Positions 10,108 to 20,564 of a stretch of 64,000 bases of DNA are shown piece after piece (position 1 is the first letter of the stretch; each line of letters begins with the position of its first letter). Origin of the DNA: Obrimoposthia wandeli (lineage: Eukaryota); assembly GCA_977020255.1 (NCBI GenBank), contig CDROCS010002027.1:62001-126000 (forward strand), given 5' to 3'. A program made the translations under genes and the position numbers. The notes under the pieces were generated by a model, which was given only the letters and a program-made list of their open reading frames with translations, had not been told where the DNA came from and did no database searches.

Positions 10108-11037
10108 ATGTTAGTAAGTAAGAAAAAAATAGCTTCTGTGGCTGACTCTTCAGCTAATCAGTCAGTTATTAAAGGCCGCTCACAGTGGCAAGATGCTATG
10201 GCACGCTTTAGACGTAATAAAGCCGCTCTAGCCAGTGTTTTTGTATTGTTTGCGATGGTTATCATCGCTTTTTTCGGCCCCGTGCTCAATGAATGGGATT
10301 ATGAAACTATTGATTGGGCATTGACTGGTAATGCTACTGAAATGGGTGCGCCTAGCATAAGCAACGGTCATTTTTTCGGTACTGATGATCTCGGTAGAGA
10401 TATGTATTCAAGAGTGATGCAAGGCACCCAAATATCATTGATGGTAGGTATGATCGGCACCATCGTGGCCGTGGTGGTCGGCGTTTTATATGGCGCGGTG
10501 GCAGGGTATTTTGGCGGGCGTATTGATAATTTAATGATGCGCTTTGTTGATATTTTAATGTCAATTCCATACATGTTTATTTTGATCATCTTATTTGTGA
10601 TGTTTGGTCGCTCTGTTTACATTCTTTTTATTGGTTTAGGCTTATTTTCTTGGATGGACATGGCGCGTATTGTGCGCGGACAAACCCTCACTTTAAAACA
10701 CAAAGAGTTCATTGAAGCGGCGGTAGCCGCTGGTGTGAGTGATTTCACCATTATTTATCGCCATATTGTGCCTAACCTAATTGGTATAGTCGTGGTTTAT
10801 ACTTCTTTAATGATTCCTAACCTTATCTTATTAGAAAGTTTTATCTCTTTCTTAGGCTTAGGCATACAAGAACCTCTAACCTCTTGGGGCGCACTGATTA
10901 GTGATGGTGCAAAAACCATCCAATACGGTACGCTATGGCAATTGGCATTCCCACTGGGCTTTTTTGTAACAGGCCTGTTTTGTTTCTTTTATATTGGCGA
11001 TGGTTTGCGTGATGCATTCGATCCTAAAGATCGCTAG
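10108..11037 (+). CDS. oppC: Oligopeptide ABC permease OppC
   Basis: FGTDDLGRD, EFIEAAVAAG and GDGLRDAFDP. Confidence 0.93.
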   Translation: MLVSKKKIASVADSSANQSVIKGRSQWQDAMARFRRNKAALASVFVLFAMVIIAFFGPVLNEWDYETIDWALTGNATEMGAPSISNGHFFGTDDLGRDMYSRVMQGTQISLMVGMIGTIVAVVVGVLYGAVAGYFGGRIDNLMMRFVDILMSIPYMFILIILFVMFGRSVYILFIGLGLFSWMDMARIVRGQTLTLKHKEFIEAAVAAGVSDFTIIYRHIVPNLIGIVVVYTSLMIPNLILLESFISFLGLGIQEPLTSWGALISDGAKTIQYGTLWQLAFPLGFFVTGLFCFFYIGDGLRDAFDPKDR

Positions 11038-11046
11038 GGGAATATC

Positions 11047-12885
11047 ATGACAAATATTATAAAACCTATTTTTGAAGTAGAAAACCTTAAAATTACTTTT
11101 GATACACCCGATGGCGATGTACAAGCAGTAAAAGGGGTTAGCTTTCATATTAATCCAGGTGAATGCGTGGGTATTGTGGGTGAAAGTGGCTCAGGGAAAA
11201 GCCAAACGTTTATGGCCGCTATGGGTTTACTGGCTAAAAATGGCCGAGCACAAGGCAACATTATTTTTAAAGATCACCGTTTATTAGATTTATCGGTAGA
11301 GAAGTTGAATCAGGTTCGCGGTAAAAACATGTCGATGATTTTTCAAGACCCATTGACATCTCTAACGCCCCACATGACTATCTTACAGCAAATGCGTGAG
11401 GTCATCGCTTTGCACATGAACTTAAGCCGGCACGACACTGATAAGTTATGCTGTGAATGGTTAGATAGAGTGAGAATTGCCGAAGCAGCTCGACGATTAA
11501 ACCAATACCCCCATGAGCTTTCAGGTGGCATGCGCCAGCGTGTCATGATTGCAATGTCAATGCTGTGTAGCCCCTCTCTATTAATTGCAGACGAGCCTAC
11601 CACCGCATTAGATGTAACTGTACAAGCTGAAATCCTGGATTTGATGGATGAGCTTAAACGTGAAAAAGGTACTGCTATTGCCTTAATCACCCATGATATG
11701 GGTGTAATGGCGCGTATGTGTGATCGCTTACATGTAATGCGCTACGGCGAATATGTAGAAGAAGGCAGTGCTGAGGATGTTTTTTATAATCCCCAACATG
11801 ATTACACCAAGATGCTACTCGACTCTATGCCGCGTATTGATGATGTTAATCGCTCTTCCCATCAAAAACTCAAAGCTATCGATAAATCGGCTAGCGGCGC
11901 TGATTTCTTAAAAGTTGATGATGTAAAAGTACATTTCAAAATTAAAGTCAGCGGTGGCTTATTTCCTAAAACACTGCCTTTAAAAGCGGTTGATGGTGTC
12001 AGTTTTGAACTGCGCCCAGGTGAAACCTTAGGTATCGTTGGCGAAAGTGGCTGCGGTAAATCAACCTTAGCGCGGGCAGTATTACAACTCATTGAACCCA
12101 CTCATGGATCAGTCACTTGGTTGGGCAAGCAGATTAACGGTCTAAGCCGCGATGAGTTAAAAGATCGGCGTAAAGATTTGCAAATAGTCTTCCAGGACCC
12201 TCTAGCCAGTTTAGACCCTCGCATGACGATTGCTAGCTCAATTATGGAGCCTCTTGTCACTTTCGCCTCGCATATGTCTAAAACTGAAATGAAAGAGAAC
12301 GTCATGCAAATGATGGATCGTGTTGGTTTAGATCGCAATATGATTAATCGCTACCCACATGAGTTGTCTGGCGGACAAAATCAGCGTGTGGGTATAGCCC
12401 GCGCCATGATAATGAAGCCTAAGTTAGTTATTTGTGATGAAGCAGTTTCTGCTTTAGATGTATCCGTGCAGGCGCAGATAATAGAGTTGTTGATGGACTT
12501 GCAAGAAGAGTTCAAACTCTCTATTTTGTTTATTTCACACGATTTAGCGGTAGTACGTGAAGTATCACACCGCATTATGGTGTTGTATTTAGGAAGAGTG
12601 GTAGAGCTTGCCGATAGCTTGGATATTTATGCTAATCCGATACACCCTTACACTAAACAGTTAATCTCTGCGGTGCCGATTCCGGATCCTAAAATTGAGC
12701 GCGAGCGGAAATCAATTAAGATTCCAGGAGAGCTACCATCCCCTATGGACCCAATGGCACAGTTTAAGTTTTTACCTTCCAAAGTGGCCGCTGCCAGTGC
12801 AGGTTATCTACCTAAGTTAATTGAACATAGTGCTGGTCATTTTGTGGCTGAGCACGATAAATTAGAAGTGTTGTTAGATCACTAA
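11047..12885 (+). CDS. Fused OppD/OppF double ATP-binding subunit
   Basis: Two Walker A motifs (GESGSGKS, GESGCGKS), two LSGG signatures and two Walker B motifs. Confidence 0.92.
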   Translation: MTNIIKPIFEVENLKITFDTPDGDVQAVKGVSFHINPGECVGIVGESGSGKSQTFMAAMGLLAKNGRAQGNIIFKDHRLLDLSVEKLNQVRGKNMSMIFQDPLTSLTPHMTILQQMREVIALHMNLSRHDTDKLCCEWLDRVRIAEAARRLNQYPHELSGGMRQRVMIAMSMLCSPSLLIADEPTTALDVTVQAEILDLMDELKREKGTAIALITHDMGVMARMCDRLHVMRYGEYVEEGSAEDVFYNPQHDYTKMLLDSMPRIDDVNRSSHQKLKAIDKSASGADFLKVDDVKVHFKIKVSGGLFPKTLPLKAVDGVSFELRPGETLGIVGESGCGKSTLARAVLQLIEPTHGSVTWLGKQINGLSRDELKDRRKDLQIVFQDPLASLDPRMTIASSIMEPLVTFASHMSKTEMKENVMQMMDRVGLDRNMINRYPHELSGGQNQRVGIARAMIMKPKLVICDEAVSALDVSVQAQIIELLMDLQEEFKLSILFISHDLAVVREVSHRIMVLYLGRVVELADSLDIYANPIHPYTKQLISAVPIPDPKIERERKSIKIPGELPSPMDPMAQFKFLPSKVAAASAGYLPKLIEHSAGHFVAEHDKLEVLLDH

Positions 12886-12897
12886 TATAGATGAAAT

Positions 12898-13023
12898 GAT
12901 TAGTGTCCGATAATCTTTAAACGAACTACAAGTGTTCTTTGGCTAAAAAAATCCTATTAACTATGCTTGAAAACCAAAAATCAATGAGTTAGAGAGCTTA
13001 CACTTTTTAACTGAACAGCAATG
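12898..13023 (+). mobile_element. MITE family 1, internally shortened copy (126 bp)
   Basis: Ends GATTAGTGTCCG...CTGAACAGCAATG; flanks AGATGAAAT / AGCTGAAAT (8/9 direct repeat). Confidence 0.8.
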
Positions 13024-13060
13024 AGCTGAAATAATCAAACGAAATATCTGCCTTCGTAGT

Positions 13061-13091
13061 AAAAAACCTATTCTTGATGAATAGGTTTTTT
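13061..13091. terminator. Bidirectional intrinsic terminator between the opp operon and the MCP gene
   Basis: AAAAAACCTATTC-TTGAT-GAATAGGTTTTTT. Confidence 0.8.
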
Positions 13092-13139
13092 TATGGCTAC
13101 TTTAAGTCTTTATCCCTTTATTAAACTTATCCCTTTAAC

Positions 13140-15095
13140 TTATACCTTAAACTTATTCAAAGTGCTGTTTAATTCAACAATTGAGTTAGCAGATAACATA
13201 CTCACCTCTGCGCTCTTTTCAGATATTTTTGCACTGTGCTGACTTAACGAATACACCGTGGCTACTTTTTCGCTGACTTGGCTCGTCACTTGTGATTGCT
13301 CGTTACACGCATTGGCAACAGATGAAATAATATCTTTTAATTCAACTATCGATTGCTCAATATGATTAAACGTATCTTGAGTGTCAATTACATGCTCTTT
13401 ATTAATATTGGCACTATCTAAGCTTTTATCGATCAGTTTTACCGCACTGCCTGTTTTATCTTGCAATTTATCAATAATGGCTTCAATTTCCATCACTGAT
13501 ACCTTAGTCCGAGTTGCCAGCGATCTAACTTCATCTGCTACAACGGCAAAACCACGCCCCGCTTCACCTGCTCTAGCGGCCTCTATCGCCGCATTTAGTG
13601 CCAAAAGGTTCGTTTGCTCACTCATGCTTTTTATCACTTCAACCACTGAACTTATTGAATCAGCCTCTTTTGCTAAGTCGGAGATAACACTGTGGGTATC
13701 GGTAATATCGCTATGTAAACTAGTTACAGAGGAGACACTTGATTGTGAAGATTTTTGGCCGTTAAAGACTGAATCATTTGCGGCACTAACCACACTATTA
13801 GAAGTTTGCGTATCTTGTGAGATATTATCAGCACTGGCTGATAATTCTTCAATGGAGACAGAAATTGAGTTCGTTTCTTCTAGCTGCTGTTCTAAAGATA
13901 ATTTTGATTCTGCAGCCATTTCCACGTTAGAGCTCGCATAACCATCGACCTCGATAGACGAGCGTTGCGAACTAGCCACTAGGTTTTGAATTTGCTCAAT
14001 AAACCGATTGAAACTGGCCGCTAACTGGCCGATTTCATCGCGAGATTTTAATTCAACACGTTTAGTAAGGTCGCCATCTCCGTCACTAATATCCGCTAAA
14101 CGTAATAATAACTGTTGGAGGCCTTTTGTAATGCTGTCACCAATAAACCAAATAATAAAAATATTGGCGATGATGATAGCCAAAATCACTATTAAACCAT
14201 TAGTACGTAACTCAGATGTTGCTTGCAGGGTTGCACCTGCAGTTTCATCTAACGTTTTCCACTGCCCTAAAATTTGATCAAGTAATTGCTCACTAATTTG
14301 CTTTGTTTGTGCAGCAATTTTCGTGTTCGTCGCTTTAATTTCAGCATTAATCGCCACGGTAGCTTGGTATTGCTGTTCTAATTTTATCGTCAACGCAAGT
14401 AGCGGTTTATACGGCACATTTTTTTGTCTTGATGCTATTTTTTTCATTTCAGCTAGCTGGTAGTAAATACCGGCAACTTCTAACTCCGAGCGCTCTAATA
14501 AAGTGCTTGAGCCAGTATTCATATACAGATTAAAGTAGGCTCTTGATGCCAATAATTTTTGCGTTAAGCGCGAAGAAATAGACACTAGGCCTGAATCATT
14601 ATCTTTGATTGCATACTCTGTTAAATCAGCAGACATTTTCTCTAACTTAGGCCCGAGCTCATTATTGACACTACTTGCAGCAGCGCTTTTTTTATCTACT
14701 AAAGGGAGTAATTTATTACTTATAACTTCGTTCAATTGATTACTTGCATTATTTAGCTCATCGATCAAAAGCCTTTGTTGCTCTGTAGCCTCTGCTTTTG
14801 CTGAATCTGATAAAGCAGAAAATTCCTTGCCTAAAGCTGCTAATTGTTGTTTGATCGTTTGGTCAGCATTAAGTTGATAATCTTTTTGTAACTGATCCCT
14901 AAAGGTAATAACATTCACCATTTTTAGCGTAGTACCATTGCTAGCTTGATCGTGAATATAATTTTTTAGTGTGGAGGTATTTTCTGTCGTTTTGGTTAGA
15001 TTCAGATAAAAATATCCACTAAAACCCAATAAAAAAATTAAAACTAAGGCATTACCTAGAGATAATTTTGCTTTAACCGTAAAATTATTTAACAT
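13140..15095 (-). CDS. Methyl-accepting chemotaxis protein with a large helical periplasmic sensor domain
   Basis: TM1, ~270-aa periplasmic region, TM2, HAMP (GDLTKRV...[11 protein letters not shown]), and the signalling core [31 protein letters not shown]. Confidence 0.95.
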   Translation of the reverse strand: MLNNFTVKAKLSLGNALVLIFLLGFSGYFYLNLTKTTENTSTLKNYIHDQASNGTTLKMVNVITFRDQLQKDYQLNADQTIKQQLAALGKEFSALSDSAKAEATEQQRLLIDELNNASNQLNEVISNKLLPLVDKKSAAASSVNNELGPKLEKMSADLTEYAIKDNDSGLVSISSRLTQKLLASRAYFNLYMNTGSSTLLERSELEVAGIYYQLAEMKKIASRQKNVPYKPLLALTIKLEQQYQATVAINAEIKATNTKIAAQTKQISEQLLDQILGQWKTLDETAGATLQATSELRTNGLIVILAIIIANIFIIWFIGDSITKGLQQLLLRLADISDGDGDLTKRVELKSRDEIGQLAASFNRFIEQIQNLVASSQRSSIEVDGYASSNVEMAAESKLSLEQQLEETNSISVSIEELSASADNISQDTQTSNSVVSAANDSVFNGQKSSQSSVSSVTSLHSDITDTHSVISDLAKEADSISSVVEVIKSMSEQTNLLALNAAIEAARAGEAGRGFAVVADEVRSLATRTKVSVMEIEAIIDKLQDKTGSAVKLIDKSLDSANINKEHVIDTQDTFNHIEQSIVELKDIISSVANACNEQSQVTSQVSEKVATVYSLSQHSAKISEKSAEVSMLSANSIVELNSTLNKFKV

Positions 15096-15104
15096 TCCTA
15101 GCCT

Positions 15105-15995
15105 CTATTTATACAATAACTGCGCACTGCTATTCATTCTGACCACTTGCGCGTAAACACTATTTATACTCACATCTTGCGCAATACTACTTTCATCTGC
15201 TGTTTTGATTGGCGCGATTTTTAACTTATGCGCAATGCGCGTTAAATCAGCTAGCACACTACCGGCTGTATCATTAGCATCTTCTGGGTAGATAGTGCCT
15301 GTAGGAAAATTGGGCACAACCAAAGGTTTTATTTTAAGTTTGCGCTCTAAATGCGCTAATTTATACAGTAATTTGTACAAACCCAAAGTCACATCTTCAG
15401 CTTTCTTGTCGGTAAAGGTCTTTAATTGGTCACTGCTAACTTGCTTGTTTAAACGCTTCGCTATATCAGCTAACCCTCTTTCTATTTTATTATTATTACG
15501 CATAATTTGAGCTAAGCTAGTAGGCGCTAATAGAGAGTCCATCAAGTACGACGCTTTTAATATTTCACCGTATAAATCTGATGCGGTTTTACTAGCAGTA
15601 TCTGCTTTGAAAGGAGCGGCTGTTAATTTGGCTGCTGTGTTGATTTGTCGCATCTGGGTTGCTGCTACTTTTACTATTGCCAAAACATTTTTTGACTTTA
15701 CCCTCTTCAAAGGTAAATCGGGTACCACCAATGGCGGTAAATTATTTTGCTGCTGGTACCTGTTAATCTTCTCTAATAACTCGATCCCTTTTATATAAGC
15801 ATGTAACTTTGTTTTGCCTACTTGCACACCAAACGTTCTGGTTTGTACAGCGTCTGCCTTTTGTTTTTTTAAAACCATAACCTCAGAGGTCACGACGCGC
15901 ATCTGATGGTGCAATTCAGCTAAAGATAGCGCAAAACTGGGGGTAGCTATTGGCGTTATTACCAGTAGCAAGATTAAGCGTTTAAGGATAAACAT
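15105..15995 (-). CDS. Secreted/periplasmic hypothetical protein, co-operonic with the MCP
   Basis: Signal peptide ending ATPSFA; ends 9 bp before the MCP start; internal two-fold repeat (PLVVP twice). Confidence 0.75.
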   Translation of the reverse strand: MFILKRLILLLVITPIATPSFALSLAELHHQMRVVTSEVMVLKKQKADAVQTRTFGVQVGKTKLHAYIKGIELLEKINRYQQQNNLPPLVVPDLPLKRVKSKNVLAIVKVAATQMRQINTAAKLTAAPFKADTASKTASDLYGEILKASYLMDSLLAPTSLAQIMRNNNKIERGLADIAKRLNKQVSSDQLKTFTDKKAEDVTLGLYKLLYKLAHLERKLKIKPLVVPNFPTGTIYPEDANDTAGSVLADLTRIAHKLKIAPIKTADESSIAQDVSINSVYAQVVRMNSSAQLLYK

Positions 15996-16168
15996 ATGGA
16001 CCTCTAGATAGAATTACTTAGTAATTCACTAATATTTATTGATGCTAAAAGTTGCAGATAAAAAGCATTATTGTATTAAATTTAGTGGATTACGCTATTG
16101 TTTTTATATCAGTAGCTTTGATACTCACAAATAAAACTGGCACTGTCAACTAAGCTAACCGTTGATTC

Positions 16169-16203
16169 ATCAGTTTAATTATCAGTTTAATTATCAGTTT
16201 AAT
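16169..16203. repeat. 12-bp tandem repeat (ATCAGTTTAATT) x ~3
   Basis: Read directly in the intergenic region upstream of the MCP operon. Confidence 0.85.
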
Positions 16204-16416
16204 ATAATGTTCAGATTCATTCTAAATATGGTGCTAATTGTAAGTATTCTGAAATAGCTGAGACATATTTTTTTCATGTACTTAAATACGTCTTTTGTAT
16301 AGAACGTTGCAATAAACAAAGCAGAGAAACTCAGTATTTCAAACAGCTGCTGGTATATAGTGTTGATGAAGCGAGGAACGGCTATATTCCTGTTTACAGC
16401 TGCTAAAAAGATACTT

Positions 16417-16836
16417 TTATTTATGTAAACTAATAACGGTCACATCTTGCTCATTGGTTAAAAAAAGCTGCTGCCCTTTTACTAAAAAATGCTCAATTTT
16501 AGGTAAGCTCTGATTAAAAGCGCGCTCATTTTTACCCTCTTCTCCCTTACAGGCCATGCGAGTACTAGCAAGCTTAGATAAATTCAAATGATCATGTACT
16601 GGCTTGTAATTACCCATAATGGTATTACAGCCATTATTGCCCGTAACGTTGCCTGTATTTAAAAAATTTATGTGCGCCTTCTCACTATTTACAATATGTC
16701 CTTCAATATCCGTAATTTTCCAATTACCGACTAATGCATCATGCTGATTTTTTACTGGGCTAACACATGCTGCTAGAGTAATAACACCTGCCAATATAGT
16801 TACGATTTTCAATGTAGAATTTACTAACAACTGCAT
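16417..16836 (-). CDS. META-domain (HslJ-like) lipoprotein
   Basis: Lipobox LAAC; WKITDIEG, GNNGCN and STRMAC motifs. Confidence 0.88.
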   Translation of the reverse strand: MQLLVNSTLKIVTILAGVITLAACVSPVKNQHDALVGNWKITDIEGHIVNSEKAHINFLNTGNVTGNNGCNTIMGNYKPVHDHLNLSKLASTRMACKGEEGKNERAFNQSLPKIEHFLVKGQQLFLTNEQDVTVISLHK

Positions 16837-17037
16837 TATATTTTCCTAAAAAATTTAAAAGACGATGTGAGGTTTTGTACAGAAAACAGAGCGAGGATTT
16901 GTGGAAAAGGACAAACAGATCAAACATAGTTAGTTTTGCACACTCTTAGCCAATCATACAATCAATTGAAAGTAAAACAAGTTATGAATCACAACCCTAG
17001 TTCGCGATATCCAATTTTCTGTTTTATCACTTAAGGC

Positions 17038-17196
17038 CATTAGTGTCCGATTTAATTTTTGTTGTTCAATAATTATTGATTTTACGTTAACCACAAATGT
17101 TATTTAGCTAAAAAAAATCCAATTACCTGTGCTAGAAAACCACAAACCAGTGAGTAAAGAGCTGACAACTGCTTGCTTTAAAATTTAAAACAGCAA
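17038..17196 (+). mobile_element. MITE family 1, copy with a degenerate right end
   Basis: Left TIR CATTAGTGTCCGATTTAA and body match the other copies up to GAGCT at ~17163. The right boundary is uncertain. Confidence 0.75.
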
Positions 17197-17234
17197 CTCA
17201 AACATGAATTATGACTTTATGGTACTCAAGGCGC

Positions 17235-18644
17235 TTAAAGCTTTGCTAAGCACTGTTTTATAGATTCGTCTTCCATTTGCTGATAAAGCGTAAACTCATC
17301 GGCAACCGCCATACCAAGATCCTTTTCAAACTGTTCTTGATTCGGGTTTTGGCTGAAATCTTGCTCTCCTTGCTCACCTAAGTTAGATTGAAAAATACCC
17401 GCGGCACTTACCGGTAAGAAATCTTCATACGTAATAGGATCAAAACGCACTATACCCTCATCAACTAATTGCTGTAACTCTTTAGCCACTACAACATTAT
17501 CTGTTGTGACCGAACTTTCAACACTGTATTTGAAATAGGCTAACCCCTGTTGTTGCATTTGTGCATAATCATCAGGAAAAGCACTAAATACTTGCTGAAT
17601 TTCAGCTTTGTATTCAGCGAGATTAGAACCATCGTTTAATGGTCTTGCAAGGGATCGAGCTTGGGTCAAAAGTGTATCGTACAATGCACGCCCTTTTAAA
17701 GTTAATGCACACCCACGCTGCTCAATTTCACCAAATCTAGCAGCATGCGTTAAAGTGTGTTTTTCGTCATTACTATCAAGAAAACTAACAGCTTCTTTTA
17801 TCGCTAAAAAAGCTGTTTGGCGTAGCAAGATAGGGCATTTACGCTTGGGTGGCCCTTCAATAACAGCTTTAGCTGTAGCACCAGTAGTATGAATTTGTTC
17901 TTGTACCCAATCAATGTCCAACGTACGCGGTGTTAAATGATTGATATGCGGGCCTTTGAAAGAGACTACATCAGCAATTAGCGGATGCTCAGATAACAGT
18001 TCTTCATAAAGCTTATTGTCGATAGCCGCTTCACTGTGCCAGCGAAAAACTTGCACAATAGCGCTTACAAAACCCTTTGCTTGCACTTCGTTAAGCCCGC
18101 CATTTGTTTCCGCTGTTGTCACTATTTCGCGAACAGCATCTCCAAAAATATCTCTTGCTGCCAATACAGCTTGAGCTTTTTCTCGCAAGCTTATATTTTC
18201 AATCAAATCTAAACGTAATAAAGAGGTAAATACTCGAAATGGATTATTGCGAATAGATGCGCTTTCTACCGCTCTAAACGCAGTAGAGTGAACGGGCACA
18301 TTCGCAACACTTAAATCATAATAACCAACGGGTTGCATACCCATAATAGCAAAGATACGCCCCATCATAGCCAACTCACTTGCCTTGCCAAGGCGGATTG
18401 CACCATGGCGTTGATCCGAGAGAGTTTCAATATTTTCGACTTGCTTCAATCGATCCACTAGCTCGCTATGATTAGCTAGGTATTGATTGTTGTGTTCAAC
18501 AACCAAATCTAAGAGCGCACCATAGGCGGGAACTTCACTACGATACATATCAGACATGGCACTTGAAAAGCGGGTACGGATGACATCTGCGGCTACAAAT
18601 TCGGTGGTTAGAACGACGGCTTGGTTCATAATATAAAAACTCAT
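17235..18644 (-). CDS. hglS: 2-oxoadipate dioxygenase/decarboxylase (DUF1338, YdcJ/HglS)
   Basis: IRTRFSSAMSDMYRSEVPAYG, HGAIRLG, PVHSTAFR, HINHLTPR, HAARFGEIEQRG and YEDFLPVSAAGIFQSNL. The start may be ATG 18629. Confidence 0.9.
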   Translation of the reverse strand: MSFYIMNQAVVLTTEFVAADVIRTRFSSAMSDMYRSEVPAYGALLDLVVEHNNQYLANHSELVDRLKQVENIETLSDQRHGAIRLGKASELAMMGRIFAIMGMQPVGYYDLSVANVPVHSTAFRAVESASIRNNPFRVFTSLLRLDLIENISLREKAQAVLAARDIFGDAVREIVTTAETNGGLNEVQAKGFVSAIVQVFRWHSEAAIDNKLYEELLSEHPLIADVVSFKGPHINHLTPRTLDIDWVQEQIHTTGATAKAVIEGPPKRKCPILLRQTAFLAIKEAVSFLDSNDEKHTLTHAARFGEIEQRGCALTLKGRALYDTLLTQARSLARPLNDGSNLAEYKAEIQQVFSAFPDDYAQMQQQGLAYFKYSVESSVTTDNVVVAKELQQLVDEGIVRFDPITYEDFLPVSAAGIFQSNLGEQGEQDFSQNPNQEQFEKDLGMAVADEFTLYQQMEDESIKQCLAKL

Positions 18645-18847
18645 ATTGAAAATTAAATACGTTATTTTTGCACGTTAATGCATTTTAGTAATAATATATT
18701 AGTAAATAGCCGATATATATTGATAAATCACTATGAGTTGATGATAATTTGGCATGATCATCGTTTACTGATCTTTTTAATTTTATTCAGTAACTCTATT
18801 TTTATAATCATCCTATAGCTATAGGCACCTTTAAGACTTCAATTGAA

Positions 18848-19201
18848 TTAGTCTTTTTTCCAAACTGCAAACTCATTACCACTTGGGTCATTAAAATGAA
18901 AACGACGTCCCCCTGGAAATGTAAATACTTTACGTGAGATAAGCCCATCGTGTGCCACAATTGCAGCCATTGTTTGCTCTAAATCATCGCTATATAGCAC
19001 CACCAGCACACTGCCTCGTTCTGTGGTTGCCACTTTTTCACTCAAATAGAAACCACCGTCTAAACTTGCATTATCGATACTGCAATACTCAGGCCCGTAA
19101 TCGGTAAATTGCCAATCAAAAACACCGGTAAAGAAGTTTTTTGTCACACTAAGATCTTTAGCAGGTATTTCTACATAGTTTATTTTATGATGTTTTGACA
19201 T
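18848..19201 (-). CDS. VOC/glyoxalase family protein
   Basis: KINYVEIPA, FTDYGPEY and FPGGRRFHFNDPSGNEFAVW. Confidence 0.88.
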   Translation of the reverse strand: MSKHHKINYVEIPAKDLSVTKNFFTGVFDWQFTDYGPEYCSIDNASLDGGFYLSEKVATTERGSVLVVLYSDDLEQTMAAIVAHDGLISRKVFTFPGGRRFHFNDPSGNEFAVWKKD

Positions 19202-19389
19202 TTCTTAGTTCTCATATTAGGTTTTGATTAAACTGGGTCGAGTTAAGTTGAGGTGGCTATACTCAAATACGCAGTATTAGTTAGGCTTAAAATAACTGTT
19301 TTGAAGATACCTTCAAAGCCTCATTATCTGGCCTTTTATGCTATCCTAGCGCGCATATTATTTATTAACATTTAAAAATAGGCGCTATA

Positions 19390-20448
19390 ATGCAAAACAA
19401 CCTGACAATTGCGATGCCCGATGATTGGCACTTACATCTACGCAGTGGAGAAGTACTCAACAAAGTACTCCCCTTTACCAGCAGGCACTTCAAGCGTGCC
19501 ATTGTCATGCCTAACTTGCAACCGCCTGTTATTACTACCGCTGATGCAGCACTTTACCGTGCGCAAATTGATGCAGCTATTCCTGCTGAGCATTCCTTTA
19601 CCCCCTTGATGGTGCTTTATCTTACAGAACAAACAGATCCTGCGGATGTTAAAAAAGGTTTTTTATCAGGTGAAGTGGCTGCCGTTAAATTATATCCAGC
19701 AGGTGCTACCACTAACTCCGATGCGGGCGTTAAGGATTTAGAAAAAATTTACCCAGTACTTGAAGTGATGCAAGAAATTGGCATTCCTTTTCTAGTACAT
19801 GGCGAAGTAGTTGATGCGGATGTTGATATCTTTGACCGTGAAGCGGTTTTTATCGATCAAAAGTTGATTCCTATTCGCCAGCAATTCCCGCTGCTAAAAA
19901 TTGTTTTCGAACATATCACCACTAAAGAAGGGGTTGATTATGTGCAATCTTGCGCCCAGAACACGGCGGCAACGGTGACCACCCACCATTTAGTTATCAA
20001 CCGTAACGCGATGTTAGTTGGCGGTATGCAGCCTCATTATTATTGTTTACCGGTTGCGAAAAGAGAACTACATCGTTTAGCACTTCGCAAAGCGGTAACT
20101 AGTGGTGATTCAAGGTTTTTCTTAGGAACAGATTCAGCGCCGCATTTAGCACATCTAAAAGAAGCTGCTTGTGGTTGCGCGGGTGTGTTTAACGTTGCTA
20201 ATACTATGGCGATTCTCGCTCAAGTATTCGAGCAAGATAAGCAGCTGGGTAACTTAGAAAAATTCACTTCAATTAACGGCCCTGAGTTTTACAATTTAGC
20301 CGTTAACAACAGTACTATGACACTACAAAGAAGTGATGAAGCCCAACCTTTGCCTGCTGATGTCATCACAGAATCAGGCCCTATAAAAGTGTTTGATCCT
20401 AAAATGGCGATACACTGGCAAGTGACAGGTGTTGATTTGAAAGACTAA
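19390..20448 (+). CDS. pyrC: Dihydroorotase (homodimeric type)
   Basis: [25 protein letters not shown] and FLGTDSAPH. Confidence 0.96.
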   Translation: MQNNLTIAMPDDWHLHLRSGEVLNKVLPFTSRHFKRAIVMPNLQPPVITTADAALYRAQIDAAIPAEHSFTPLMVLYLTEQTDPADVKKGFLSGEVAAVKLYPAGATTNSDAGVKDLEKIYPVLEVMQEIGIPFLVHGEVVDADVDIFDREAVFIDQKLIPIRQQFPLLKIVFEHITTKEGVDYVQSCAQNTAATVTTHHLVINRNAMLVGGMQPHYYCLPVAKRELHRLALRKAVTSGDSRFFLGTDSAPHLAHLKEAACGCAGVFNVANTMAILAQVFEQDKQLGNLEKFTSINGPEFYNLAVNNSTMTLQRSDEAQPLPADVITESGPIKVFDPKMAIHWQVTGVDLKD

Positions 20449-20494
20449 GCGAGCATCGAACAACCCTGTTTATAAAGTGCTATATCTAAATACG

Positions 20495-20522
20495 AAAAAA
20501 GCAGCTTAAAAGCTGCTTTTTT
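20495..20522. terminator. Bidirectional terminator between pyrC and hppD
   Basis: AAAAAAGCAGCT-TAAA-AGCTGCTTTTTT. Confidence 0.85.
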
Positions 20523-20564
20523 ACGTACTATAAACTTAACTCATCACAGATCAGTTAAAACTGT

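Noticed and set aside
13381-14277. 186-aa and 89-aa ORFs antisense to the MCP
   Set aside because: Shadow frames; Ser/Ala-rich composition mirrors the sense codons.
17224-17232. ACTCAAGGC as the right TSD of the MITE copy at 17038 (left flank ACTTAAGGC)
   Set aside because: An 8/9 match, but not adjacent to a recognisable right TIR; suggestive only, so not used to set the boundary.
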